Source: Candidatus Marinacidobacterales bacterium (GTDB taxonomy: Bacteria > Acidobacteriota > Vicinamibacteria > Marinacidobacterales > DATDRI01). From it: 64,000 bases of DNA. Location of the stretch: assembly GCA_965219415.1 (NCBI GenBank), contig CBDCNP010000002.1, forward strand, positions 2,368,001-2,432,000. Direction: 5' to 3'. Positions within the stretch are counted from its first letter, which is position 1. Each line of letters opens with the position of its first letter. The notes under the pieces were generated by a model. The model had not been told where the DNA came from. It ran no database searches and saw only the letters and a program-made list of their open reading frames with translations. This document shows, one piece after another, positions 30,589 through 41,292 of this stretch. The translations under genes were made by a program, and so were the position numbers.

Positions 30589-32024
30589 GCCGCCTCGTTA
30601 TCGTTTCCAATCGCGTCCCGGTGCCGAGCGGAATGCGGGTGCCGCAAGGCGGGCTCGAAACTGGAGTGCTGTCGGCACTCGAGGCCCAAGGTGGGCTGTG
30701 GTTCGGCTGGAGCGGGAAGATTTCCGAAGAGAAGAAGGTTGTGCGCACTCGGTCCGGAAACGTCGATTTCGCAATCACCGACCTTTCTCGGAGGGACTAT
30801 GACGATTACTACCGTGGTTATTCCAATCGCGTCATGTGGCCCCTCCTGCACGCCCGTCTCGAGCGCATGGACTACCAGCGAAGCTACGGGAACGGATACC
30901 GGCGCGTCAACCAGTTCCTGGCCAAAGGACTCGTCCCGCTCCTCCGCCCCGACGATACTATTTGGATCCATGATTATCACTTGATCCCCTTGGGTATGGT
31001 TTTGAGGCGTGCCGGTTGCCGCCAGCGCATCGGCTTTTTCCTGCACACGCCATTCCCGCCCTCCGATGTGTTCCGGGCCCTCCCCCACTACCGAACTCTT
31101 TTGGAGGAGTTCGTCGCCTACGATCTCGTCGGCTTCCAGACCGACGTGGACCTGCGCGGTTTTGCCAACAGCGTTGCCGACGGAGTGCCTGGCGCCAAGT
31201 TGGACAAGCGCAGTGTCGTGATCGGAAACCGGCGAATGCTGATGGGTGTATTCCCGATCAGCATCGACGCGGACGACGTGGCAGCTCTGGCAGCCAAAGG
31301 ACGTTCCTCCGTGTCCGGGCGTCGTCTCGTCTCGAGCCTTACCGCACGCCAGCTGATCCTCGGCGTCGACCGCCTCGACTACAGCAAAGGGCTGGTGGCG
31401 CGCTTTCGTGCCTATGAAGGGTTCCTGGACGAGCACGCCCCAATGCGCAGAAACGTCGTCTATCTCCAAATCGTCCAGCCTTCCCGTGGCGATGTACCGG
31501 AGTATGAGCAAATGCGGCGCTCCCTCGATACCGCGGCCGGCCAGATCAATGGGCGCTTCGCCGAGTACGACTGGGTACCGCTGCGCTATCTCTACAAGGG
31601 GCTCGCTCGCACTACGATTCTTGGATTCCTTTCCATCTCGCGGGTTGGCTTGGTCACGCCTCTCAGAGACGGAATGAACCTCGTGGCCAAGGAGTTCGTT
31701 GCCGCTCAGAGCCCAGAAGATCCGGGCGTCCTGGTGCTCTCGGAGTTGGCCGGGGCTGCCAGAGAGCTCCAAGCGGCGTTGATCGTCAACCCCTACGATA
31801 TCGATGATGTTGCGGACGGTCTGGCGCAGGCGCTCGCTATGCCGCTCGAGGAACGCCGGCAACGCTGGGAGTCGATGCTGAAGATCCTGAGAACGAGCGA
31901 CATCCACCGATGGCGCCGGGAGTTCCTGGAGGCGCTCGAACAACCTCCAGCCAGAACGACTGCGCCAGCTCAACGCCGAGGAGCCACCAAGCCACGCCGC
32001 CCAGACTACCGAAGTGCTTCTTGA
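30585..32024 (+). CDS. otsA: Trehalose-6-phosphate synthase
   Basis: VSNRVP, WIHDYHL, FFLHTPFP, DRLDYSKG and DGMNLVAKE motifs; TTG start overlaps the upstream stop. Confidence 0.95.
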   Translation: MSRLVIVSNRVPVPSGMRVPQGGLETGVLSALEAQGGLWFGWSGKISEEKKVVRTRSGNVDFAITDLSRRDYDDYYRGYSNRVMWPLLHARLERMDYQRSYGNGYRRVNQFLAKGLVPLLRPDDTIWIHDYHLIPLGMVLRRAGCRQRIGFFLHTPFPPSDVFRALPHYRTLLEEFVAYDLVGFQTDVDLRGFANSVADGVPGAKLDKRSVVIGNRRMLMGVFPISIDADDVAALAAKGRSSVSGRRLVSSLTARQLILGVDRLDYSKGLVARFRAYEGFLDEHAPMRRNVVYLQIVQPSRGDVPEYEQMRRSLDTAAGQINGRFAEYDWVPLRYLYKGLARTTILGFLSISRVGLVTPLRDGMNLVAKEFVAAQSPEDPGVLVLSELAGAARELQAALIVNPYDIDDVADGLAQALAMPLEERRQRWESMLKILRTSDIHRWRREFLEALEQPPARTTAPAQRRGATKPRRPDYRSAS

Positions 32025-32044
32025 ACGACTCGTCGACCGAGGAG

Positions 32045-33880
32045 TTAGTCTCTCTCCCCCAGGGCGCGATCAAGATTGAACGCCGCACTGATCAACCCGA
32101 GATGCGTGAACGCCTGCGGGAAGTTCCCCAAGGCCTCGCCACTGAATCCCGTCTGCTCGGCGTAAAGTCCCACGTGGTTGGCGTAACCGAGCATCTCTTC
32201 GAAGATGACCCGTGCACGCTCGAGCCGGGTGCGATCCGAGCGACCGGCGCGGGTGAGCGCCTCGACTAACCAGAAGGTGCAGATATTAAACGTTCCTTCC
32301 TCGCCTTTGAGCCCATCGGCGGTCTCCTCCACGTTGTAACGATAGACCAGGCTGTTGGAGAGGAGTCCGCCTTTGTGTGGAGGCTCCATCGTGGCGTCGA
32401 TGGTGCGAAGCATCCGCGGATCAGTGGGTGAGACAAAGAACACCAGCGGCATCATTAGATTGGCCGCATCCAAGGCATCGCTATTGTAGTGCTGAACGAA
32501 AGCATTGCGTTTCTGGTTCCAGCCCTTGGCCATGATCTCCTCATAGATCCGATCACGCACGTCGTTCCAGCGCTTGCGGTCTGCGGGAAACGAGCGCTTA
32601 TCGGCCAGTCTCAAGGCGCGATCGACCGCCACCCAACACATGAGCTTGGAATAAACAAAGTGCTGCTGCCCCCCGCGCACCTCCCAGATGCCCTCATCCT
32701 TTCGTTGCCAGTTGTCGCACACCCAGTCGATGAGCCGGCGGAGGTGGAGCCAGAGATCATAGGAGATCGGCTGCCCGTATTTGTTGTACAGGTACACCGA
32801 ATCCATGAGCTCACCATAGATGTCGAGTTGCATCTGGTCATAGGCGCCATTGCCAATGCGCACCGGACGTGAGCCCTTATAGCCATCCAGGTGATCGAGA
32901 ACCTCCTCCGTGAGCTTTCGCTCTCCGCCGATGCCATACATGATCTGTAGCAACCCGTCTTCAGGGAGCTCATGGCAGATCTTCTCGAGCGCATCCATGA
33001 AGTGGGCCGCCTCTTGCGTGAAACCGATGCGCATCAGCGCGTAGAGTGTAAACGCGGCGTCGCGCACCCAGGTATAACGGTAGTCCCAGTTGCGCTCCCC
33101 GCCGATGCCTTCGGGGAGGCTCGCGGTGGGAGCGGCGACGATGGTGCCGGTGGGTTCGTAGGTCATCAGTTTCAACGCCAGCGCCGAGCGGTGTACCATC
33201 TCGCGCCAGCGGCCCCGGTAAGTGCATTGTGCGAGCCAATGGCGCCAGTAGTCCACAGTCTTCTGGGCCAGCCCTAACGCCTCGTCTTCGGTCAACAACC
33301 CCTTGTGGCCAGTGCCCGGATCGACGCGCCCGAGCACAAATATTGCTGCTTGGCCCTCATTGAGAGTGAACTCCGCGGTGACCCCGTTCCGCTGTTTCTT
33401 TAGCTTTCGGCGTGTGCCAAGCCCCAGGGTCAGACTGGGTGATTTGAAAACCGCGCCCGTTTCTGCGAGCTCGGTCGTGTGTTCATCGCGCGCGTAATTG
33501 AATGCAGGAAAACACTCCATTCGAAAGGCCATCGTGCCGCGCATACAACGCGCGGTGCGCACGAGTTGATGGCGGTCCTGCCCGTCACGAGGCAGGCCAA
33601 CGGGCATGAAATCCACCACTTGGCCCACTCCATCCGGGCATAAGAATCGGCTCACAAGCACGTTGGAGTCTGGCCAGTAGAACTGTTTGTGCGTAGCCCC
33701 GTCGGCGACTGCGGTGATCTTGAAGTGGCCGCCTTTCTGGTCATCGAGAATGGCAGCGAAGACGCTGGGGGAATCGAAGCGCGGGAAGCAGAACCAGTCG
33801 ACCGAGCCATTCATTCCGATGAGTGCCACGGTGTTCAGATCGCCGACGATGCCGTAATCTTCTATGGGTTGGTAGGCCAT
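32045..33880 (-). CDS. Glycoside hydrolase family 15
   Basis: [37 protein letters not shown] and GNFPQAFTH motifs. Confidence 0.94.
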   Translation of the reverse strand: MAYQPIEDYGIVGDLNTVALIGMNGSVDWFCFPRFDSPSVFAAILDDQKGGHFKITAVADGATHKQFYWPDSNVLVSRFLCPDGVGQVVDFMPVGLPRDGQDRHQLVRTARCMRGTMAFRMECFPAFNYARDEHTTELAETGAVFKSPSLTLGLGTRRKLKKQRNGVTAEFTLNEGQAAIFVLGRVDPGTGHKGLLTEDEALGLAQKTVDYWRHWLAQCTYRGRWREMVHRSALALKLMTYEPTGTIVAAPTASLPEGIGGERNWDYRYTWVRDAAFTLYALMRIGFTQEAAHFMDALEKICHELPEDGLLQIMYGIGGERKLTEEVLDHLDGYKGSRPVRIGNGAYDQMQLDIYGELMDSVYLYNKYGQPISYDLWLHLRRLIDWVCDNWQRKDEGIWEVRGGQQHFVYSKLMCWVAVDRALRLADKRSFPADRKRWNDVRDRIYEEIMAKGWNQKRNAFVQHYNSDALDAANLMMPLVFFVSPTDPRMLRTIDATMEPPHKGGLLSNSLVYRYNVEETADGLKGEEGTFNICTFWLVEALTRAGRSDRTRLERARVIFEEMLGYANHVGLYAEQTGFSGEALGNFPQAFTHLGLISAAFNLDRALGERD

Positions 33881-34093
33881 GGTGCGACTCCCTTACGTGC
33901 GCCGGTGGAAGGCTTTCGTTGTATCAGATCGGGGCACGAACCCGGTAGCCAACGGCGCCAGGCGTCATTTCGAAAAACATTCATTGCCGGTGCTAACGTC
34001 GAGAAATTGCCGGCGTCGAAAAAAGGGAATCGTACCACACCGCGAGAGTTGCGTCCGCAATCTCGACTACGACTCCCGTGACCCAGCCGGGTC

Positions 34094-34370
34094 CTATTTC
34101 GGAAACAGGAAGTTCAGCTGAAAGCGCCACTCGAGACCGGCTGGATATTCATGACCCAAGCCGTCGGTCGTTTTCGCCGATGTCGAAGAAGGTGTTCGGC
34201 TGAAGCGGAAGGCTGATCAGATTGGCGACTGGGTTCTGGGACTGCATAGCGAGGTCCGACTCTCCGTCCTGCGGCGCCTCTTGTGCAAGGACAATCGCAC
34301 ACGGCGCTAGCATCCACATCAGCAAGCAGACTGCGGTTCCCTTGATGCGGCTGACGCGATGGATCCTCAA
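34094..34370 (-). pseudogene. Outer-membrane protein ('neuromedin U'-annotated family) with internal deletion
   Basis: Signal peptide, QNPVANLISLPLQ and NIQPV joined directly to the C-terminal WRFQLNFLFPK*. Confidence 0.7.
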
Positions 34371-36414
34371 GATTCACCCGTGACAGGGACAGGGCCCACC
34401 TCGAAGTCATTCAAATCGGAGTCCGGGGTCGGCCCCTTGGTACCGGGCAGGATCTCGAAGCCAAGCTCAAAGCGCACCATGGTCGAGGCCAGCTGCTGCA
34501 GGACGCTGAGATCACCCTCGGCCTGCGCGTCTCCATCGGCGATCTGGTCTGCTAGTGACTTCACGCCCGCCATGACTTGTCCCAGACCCAGGCGAGTGAT
34601 GGTGAGCGTGAGGTCCGCGTCCTCTGCCTGGTAGCCTTCGATGTTGGTCAGCGTGGAGTTGCTTAGCTCGATGACGAACTGTTCACCGTTGTCCGGCGTG
34701 ACCAGGTTGATGGTGAACTGCATACCCTCTGCTTTGCGGCTGTCCATCAGGATTCCCAGGAAATCGAGGAATAGTTCGGTGGTCATGGCCCGTAAGATGT
34801 CCGGGGTCAGCCCATCCGGAGTCGCGCCCTCGGGGATGCCCGAGCGCAGCTCGTAGGCCCCGGCGAGGAAGCTGTTGCGCAGACCCAGGTTTTCCTCTGC
34901 TCGAAGACATCCGCCAACAGGTCCTTGGCCGGCTGGTTTTGCGGCTCGGCGAATACCAGTTTGTTCAGGATCTCCGTGGCTTCGAGGTACTTGCCCTGAT
35001 CGTGCAGCTCCCGCCCTTTGGCCATGATCTTGTCGGCACCACCCATCATTTCCACATACAGCGGCGCGGAGTCTCGCAGCGACAGTGGAATCAGCGTGGC
35101 AGGGTTGACGTCCCAGTAGCCCAGGTAGCGGTTGATCACGCCGCGGCTGTTGTGCTCCGGCGAGCCGTGATAGCCGCGGTTATACCACTGGTCGGAAATA
35201 CTCTTGGGCGTCTCGTAGACATTGTGAATTTCATTGATCGTCACCCCCTGGTTCGCGAAGTGCAGCACCTGGTTGTTCATGTTGGCATACAGATCTCGCT
35301 GCCCTTTCAGGACTTCCTGGATCCGTTCGTTACCCCAGCGCGGCCAGTGGTGTGAGGCGAACATCACCTCGGCTTCCATGCCGTATTCGTACAGCGCCTC
35401 ATTGATGTACTTCGACCAGGCCAGCGCGTCACGCACCGGCGTACCGCGCAGCGTGTAGATGTTGTGGAACACGCCCGTCACGTTCTCGGCCATCCACAGC
35501 GCCTTCATGTCGGGTAACCACGTGTTCATCTCGGCGGGTGCCTCGGTGTTGGGCGTGTTCTGGAAGACCATCTTCACGCCATCGACGCTAAGCTCCTCGA
35601 CGTCGTTCTCGATGATGCGAGTCGGTGGGATCAGGCCGGTGTGGCCGGCAGCGGTACTCTGTGACAGCCCCTGCCCCGACGTAGCCATAGGGCTCGCCGG
35701 CAAAAGCACGCCGTACTGGTAGAACAGGCGGCGATTCATGGCGTTGCCGGCGTAGACATTCTCTGCGATGGCGTGTTCCATGAAATCGCGGGGCGCGATG
35801 ATTTCGACTTTGCCCGCGCGAACGTCGGCCTCATCGACGATGCCGCGAATGCCCGCCCAGTGGTCCCCGTGGTTGTGGGAGTAGATCACCGCCACGACCG
35901 GCAGCTCGCCCAGGTGCTCGTCGACGAGCTCCTTGGCCGCCCGGGCCGACTCCGAAGCCTCCGTGGGATCGAATACGATCCACCCGGTATCACCCTTGAG
36001 GAAAGTGATGTTGGCGAGGGCGAAGCCACGCACCTGGTAGATGCCGGGGATCACCTCGTAGAGGCCATAGTTCATGTTGAGAAGGGACTGGCGCACCAGC
36101 GATGGATGAATACTCTCGAACTCATCGCCCTCCAGCAAAAAGCCGAAGCGTTCCATGTCCCAGGCCACGTGGCCGGCATCCGCCATGATCTTCTTGGAAT
36201 CCGGGGCCGCGATGAACCCCTTCTTCTGCTCCTCGAAGTCCCGCGTGTCGGCGAAGGGCAGCGTGGTTCGCGCCTGTTCGAGCACCTCGATCGTGTGCTC
36301 CGAGGGCGGCTTGCCCTTGGGATGAAAGGGTTTGTCCTGAGACTCGGCCGGAGAGCAAAGGGCCACCGTTAGGCCCGCAACAGCAATCACTCGTCCAAAG
36401 AAGACGTGGGGCAT
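34367..36414 (-). pseudogene. Alkyl/aryl sulfatase (BDS1/SdsA-like metallo-beta-lactamase), frameshifted near 34895
   Basis: GIYQVRG, HNHGDH, HNIYTLRG, SHHWP and GYHGS motifs; SCP2-like C-domain in another frame after DVFEQ. Confidence 0.9.
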
Positions 36415-36469
36415 TTCAATTACCTCCTAATTTCCGCTTGGGCGGTCGCGGGATCATAAGGGCCTCCTG

Positions 36470-36506
36470 AACGAAAAGGAAACCCGTAAAATTACGGGTT
36501 TTCGTT
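36470..36506 (-). terminator. Probable intrinsic terminator downstream of the HAD gene
   Basis: Stem AAACCCGTA / TACGGGTTT with T-rich tails on both strands. Confidence 0.5.
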
Positions 36507-36539
36507 CTGGGAAACTACCTAGGTGATACGCGAGGGCTG

Positions 36540-37238
36540 CTAGGGAGAAGAGCCGCCGCTGGCGATGGCTGGGAGCTCATCGAGCCGGGAGATCTCATGG
36601 TTGACTCCGGCATCGGGGTCGGCGGTCTTGCCGTGCGGGTTGTACCAGCAGGTAGCGATGCCGTAATCCGCTCCACCGCGGATGTCTGAGCTGAGGCTGT
36701 CGCCGACCATGAGTGCCGCGTCCTTCGTCGGGGAACCGAGGGCTCGGAACGTCGCGTCGAAAATCTTGCCGTTCGGCTTCGATGCACCGATCTCGGCTGA
36801 GATCACAATGGCCTCGAAGTATTGCTCAAAATCGAGGCGCTCGATTCGGGCACGCTGCACCCCGCTCAGTCCGTTGGTGATCAAGGCCAATGTCGCTTGG
36901 CCTGCGAGCTGTTCGAGTACATCGCGGGCCCCGGGGTAGAGGTCGCCCTTGGCACCGAGGTCTACTTCAAATCGTTGGGACATGCGCTCGGGATTCGCAT
37001 CGAATCCGATCTCGGTGATCAGGCGCTCGAACCGAGTGACCCGCACATCGTCCGGAGTGATCTCACCACGCTCCACGGAGGACCACAGCGGCTTGTTGAT
37101 TCCAACGTAGGTCTTGTGGTGCCGAAGCGGTTCATCGACCCCCACCGCTCGGAGGGTTTCCTCGAAGGCTGCAAGTTCGCAAGTATCGGAATCGAACAAG
37201 GTGTGGTCTAGATCGAAGAGCAGGGTCGTATAGCGCCT
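36540..37238 (-). pseudogene. YjjG-like HAD nucleotidase; start codon apparently lost
   Basis: RYTTLLFDLDHTLFD, ITNG, SKP and MVGDSLSSDI motifs; AGG at the expected ATG position and an in-frame TAG shortly upstream. Confidence 0.75.
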
Positions 37239-37322
37239 ACCTGAGCCGACGCGGGCAGTAGCCTAAGGCGCCCCGCATCTCCCGGTGGCGGGATGATATC
37301 ACTCGCGATAGAGTCGCCGACG

Positions 37323-38719
37323 ATGTGGGCCTTGTTCGTGATCCTCCTGGGCGTCGCGGAGGACTGGCCGCAGTTCCGCGGAGTCAACGCGGCCGGCGTG
37401 GCGGATGAGACGGGCCTTCCCGTGCAATTCGGTCCGAGCTCGAATGTCGCCTGGAAGACACCGATACCCATGGGGCTGTCTTCACCTTCGATCTCGGGCC
37501 GGCGTATTTTCCTGACAGGCGTCGAGGATGAGAGGCTCTTCACCTTTGCTCTCGACCGGGAAACAGGACGCGTTTTGTGGCGGCGCGAAGCGCCGCGCCC
37601 ACGGTTGCAGGAGCTCCAGGAGCAAAACCACCCCGCATCTCCACGCCGGCCACGGATGGGAAGAGCGTTTACGTTTTCCTTGCCGACTTCGGATTGCTCT
37701 CGTATGGGCCGGATGGCAACGAGCTGTGGCGCCTGCCGCTGGGGCCGTTCAACAATCCTTTCTGCCACGGGTCCTCTCCGATCCTCGTGGGGGATCTGGT
37801 GCTCCAGGTTTGCGACCAGGACGATGGGTCGTTTTTCATCGCCGTCGACAAAGCGACCGGCCGGGTTGTCTGGAGGGCACCGCGCGCCCTCGCGCAGCGA
37901 GGCTACGCCACACCTGTAGTCTACCAGCCTCCCGAGGGAGGGCTTCAGGTGCTCGTGATTGGCTCCTACCAGTTGAATGCCTACGACGTCGTGACCGGGA
38001 AGCTGGTGTGGTGGATCCGCGGTTTTCCCTGGCAGATCAAGCCGACACCGATTCTGACGGGCGATGCGGTCTACCTCGTGACGCGCGCGGGCGAGTCGGA
38101 TCCCGGCGAGCAGGAGGTCGTCCCCCCTTTCCCGAAGGCCCTCGAGCAGCTGGACGACGACGGCGACGGAAAGCTATCCAAAGAAGAGATCGTCGATGAG
38201 AGAGCGATACGCCGCTTCGACGAGTACCTGGATCTGGACGATTCGGGATTTCTCGAAGAGCGCGACTGGGACCAGTTCCGCATGCGGCGCGAGGGTATGA
38301 ACGCGCTCTGGGCGTACCGTCTCGGTGGCGAAGGCGACATGACGGAGCGGAACTTCATGTGGAAGAACTCGAGCTCGCTCCCCAATGTTCCCTCGCCGCT
38401 TTTTTATCGCGGAGTCCTCTATACCTTGAAGGAAGGTGGCATCCTGACGTCTTTCGATCCTGAGACCGGGGAGATCCTGAAACGAGCAAGGCTCCGTGGT
38501 GCTCTCGGAGCCTACTACGCGTCGCCCGTGGCCTCCGACGGAAAAATCTATGCGGTCAGCGAAGAAGGCAAAGTGGCCGTCATCCGCGCCGGAGCGCAGT
38601 GGGAGCCACTCGCCGTGAACGCAATGGATGAGGGCTCCAAGTCCACACCCGCCATCGTCGACGAAAAACTCTACATTCGAACCTACGACGCCCTATACAG
38701 CTTCGCGCGGAAGAACTGA
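37323..38719 (+). pseudogene. PQQ-like/BamB beta-propeller with EF-hand insert, frameshifted near 37640
   Basis: EDWPQFRG...WKT...SSP in frame 1; TPATDG, SSP, YASPV and LYIRT in frame 2; DDDGDGKLSKEE loop. Confidence 0.85.
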
Positions 38720-38780
38720 ACGACGGTGAGGCTTGTGCACCGGGCGCGGTCGAGAAGATCGGCTACGACGTAGATTCTTT

Positions 38781-40166
38781 GGGTCTACGCGGATTCGTGT
38801 GGGTTGAAAACTGCATTTCTGGGTAATGGCGGAAGGAAAGCCGCCACGATCTTCAGCTTGAGATATTCCTCGTCGCGATAGCCGTAGGCGCGTCGTTGCA
38901 GAACACGGATTTTGTTGTTGACCCCTTCAACTAGGCCGAGACTGACTTTGTTCTCCGGATGACAGTAGGAGGCGATACCATCCCAATGGGACTCAATCAT
39001 ACCGGCGAACTTCTGGTACGGATGCAGGCGTTGCCATTTGAGGCTGTCTTTCCAACGGGTGAAAAAGGCGCGAGCGCCGCGTTCGGTGCGGTAATCCCAG
39101 AGTTGCCCGAAGGCCTCCTTCAAAATATAGGCGGTGTTCAGGCGCCGGTTGGCCTGGAGCAACTTTTTGAGTGCGCGGCGACCGTCTAGGCTCAGGTTCT
39201 CCCGCCGGGAAAGCAAAGTGTAACGCTGCCCCTTGATGTACGACCGGTCCTTGCCGCTGAGGCGTTTGTACTCACCGCGCCGGACCTCATCGAGGGCCTT
39301 TGACAGATGACGCATGATATGAAACTTGTCGAAGATGATCCGCGCATTAGGCGCGTTGTGAATCACCGAGTTCCGGAAGGGCTTCCACATATCCATGGCG
39401 GCCAGCTTGATACGGGCGCTTTTCTTTCCGCCCGGCGCCTTGAAGAACAAATCGATGTCGGTTTCTTTGCGACCCTCACCGCCCACCCAGATGGGACGCG
39501 CCCGCTCCAGGTCGCTGACAATGACGCGATAGTTATGTCCCTTGCGGATGGAGATCTCATCGACACCGATGGCCCGAGGCGCCGGTAGCCCCGCCCGGTT
39601 CGACCTACTCTTGCATGTAGAGCGTATCCAGAGCCTTCACCGTACCGTGGTGCAGACGTTCCATCTCGGCCACCGCCTTGTTCGGCATATCCCGGCACAG
39701 CTTGCCCACATGGCGTCGCAAAACGCTGGGTGTAGCGCGAGTTGTTCGCCAGCCAGTCTAGGTGTTCTACATGCACACCGCCGCACCCAGAACAGTTGAC
39801 GCGCCGACGCTCGTATTCCAGATAGATCCGCCAGCCAGCCAACGACAGGTCGCGGACCCGGCACACTTGCTTGTCATAGCGCCCCCGGCACCGTTGCCCA
39901 CAGTAAGAGCACACAGCTGTTTTTTTCGCCTCTTGAGCTGGATGACGCGGGCGTATCGGTCACCGAATAGACCCTTCAATCCGGCACCAACCACGAAACC
40001 TGGCAGCGCAAACAGCGAGCGGATCGACTGGGAATTTTTCACTCGGTTAGCCTATCCTAAAAATGGACCACTTTTCAGCACCTGATGAAGTACTCGATAC
40101 CTTTTCCACACAATGAGTTACACTGTTTTTCCGTCAGAACTTACCCACACGAATCCGCGTAAACCC
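38781..40166 (-). mobile_element. ISL3-family element
   Basis: IRs GGGTCTACGCGGATTCGTGTGGGT / ACCCACACGAATCCGCGTAAACCC; 8-bp TSD GATTCTTT at 38773 and 40167. Confidence 0.95.
38785..40042 (-). pseudogene. ISL3 transposase with several frameshifts
   Basis: Zn ribbon CSYC/CSGC, GVDE, MDMW, DKFH and VEGVNNKIR..RRAYGYR spread over several frames. Confidence 0.88.
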
Positions 40167-40705
40167 GATTCTTTCAACGCCCTCCGAATTTCATCCACGT
40201 CGCTCGCTACGAGTGCCGGAGAAAAATGCTTCAACCGCGCGAGGACGTCGCTCGTACCGAAATAGTCTTCGGCGCACTTCGTGTGTATGAAGCCCGACGG
40301 CTCGAAGCGACCCACCTCCTCGTCGTAGTACACAACCGAGATGCGCCAGGCGCCTTTCTTGATCGCCTCCCGGCAACTTCGACAGCGCGCCTGGCCGGTG
40401 GGGGCGCGGTCCGCTCCGTTGAGACGGGGGAGACGCCGGAACTCCAAGCTTCGCTTTGCTTCGGTCTCGAGCCACTCGGCGTTTTCGATGGTTTCGGGCG
40501 TGCTCCGCGCCGCTTCCAGATAGGGCTCGGGTCGTTTGTACGCCCCACAGACGAGATGAAACCAGAGCGTGAGCTCACCCTTGCCATAGGGGTTCGGCAG
40601 GCGGGCGCCGAGCCTTAGCTCGTCCTTGGCGATTTTCTCGCCGCACCCGCGACAGTTGGCCCGGCCGCTCGCCGCGGGCTTGATGGTGTGAACGATTTCA
40701 GCCAA
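40118..40705 (-). CDS. Tandem PARP-type zinc finger protein
   Basis: ASGRANCRGCGEKIAKDELRLG...WFHLVC and APTGQARCRSCREAIKKG...FIHTKC; last residues supplied by ISL3. Confidence 0.8.
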   Translation of the reverse strand: MAEIVHTIKPAASGRANCRGCGEKIAKDELRLGARLPNPYGKGELTLWFHLVCGAYKRPEPYLEAARSTPETIENAEWLETEAKRSLEFRRLPRLNGADRAPTGQARCRSCREAIKKGAWRISVVYYDEEVGRFEPSGFIHTKCAEDYFGTSDVLARLKHFSPALVASDVDEIRRALKESGLRGFVWVSSDGKTV

Positions 40706-40896
40706 GGTATGCCTTGCTTCTCGAAGCCGACCACGTCGAGGTCGGCAATCAGTATATCGCCGTCCGCCTCGGCCAACTCAAGGGAACCCGAGCTCGGTGC
40801 TGTGCCAACAGCCGGGTATCCTCATTTAGACAGAAGATCGTGAAGGCACTCCTAAAGGAAGGCAGCGGGCAAGGCGACCGAGGGAACGAGAGTCGA

Positions 40897-41151
40897 TCAA
40901 GTCCAGAAGTGCCGCTTCGCGAATGCCCTCCCCGAGCCGGACTTGAGACAGCGCTCGAATTCTAGCGCTCGCGCTTCATCCTCGAACCAAACGGCCGCTC
41001 TGAGCCGCCAGTTTCGATGTTTGCTCGTATGAGGCGACTTCCCAGAGTTGTGGTCAGTGAGTCGCTGTTTCAAGTTCGATGTGACACCGATGTATCGCTC
41101 CAAAGGGTCTGTAGCCCGTCGAAGCAAGTAGACGGTTTGCTTTGATCTCAT
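40897..41151 (-). CDS. Small stand-alone GIY-YIG nuclease
   Basis: VYLL...YIGVTSNLKQRL.DHNSG...T...W....E.A..FE..LKSGSGR pattern. Confidence 0.88.
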   Translation of the reverse strand: MRSKQTVYLLRRATDPLERYIGVTSNLKQRLTDHNSGKSPHTSKHRNWRLRAAVWFEDEARALEFERCLKSGSGRAFAKRHFWT

Positions 41152-41176
41152 AGACAGGGAGACGAGATTCGCAGTG

Positions 41177-41292
41177 AAGGCCCGCCTTCGTCGGCGCACT
41201 TGATGTGACTTCGGCGCGCAACCTTCGCCCTTTTGTAGAACGTTGGCTTGCCAACCGAAGCCCAACCGGCTTATCAGTGGGCGGGCGAAGGT
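41177..41292. repeat. REP-like multi-hairpin cassette between tmRNA and GIY-YIG
   Basis: CCCGCCTTCG..CTTCGGCGCG, AACCTTCGCCC / GGGCGAAGGTT and GGCTTGCCAACCGAAGCCC; related to 49772-49864. Confidence 0.65.

Noticed and set aside
29329-31973. Long antisense ORFs (319 and 483 aa), and similarly 55162-56409
   Set aside because: Shadow frames of well-supported genes in GC-rich DNA
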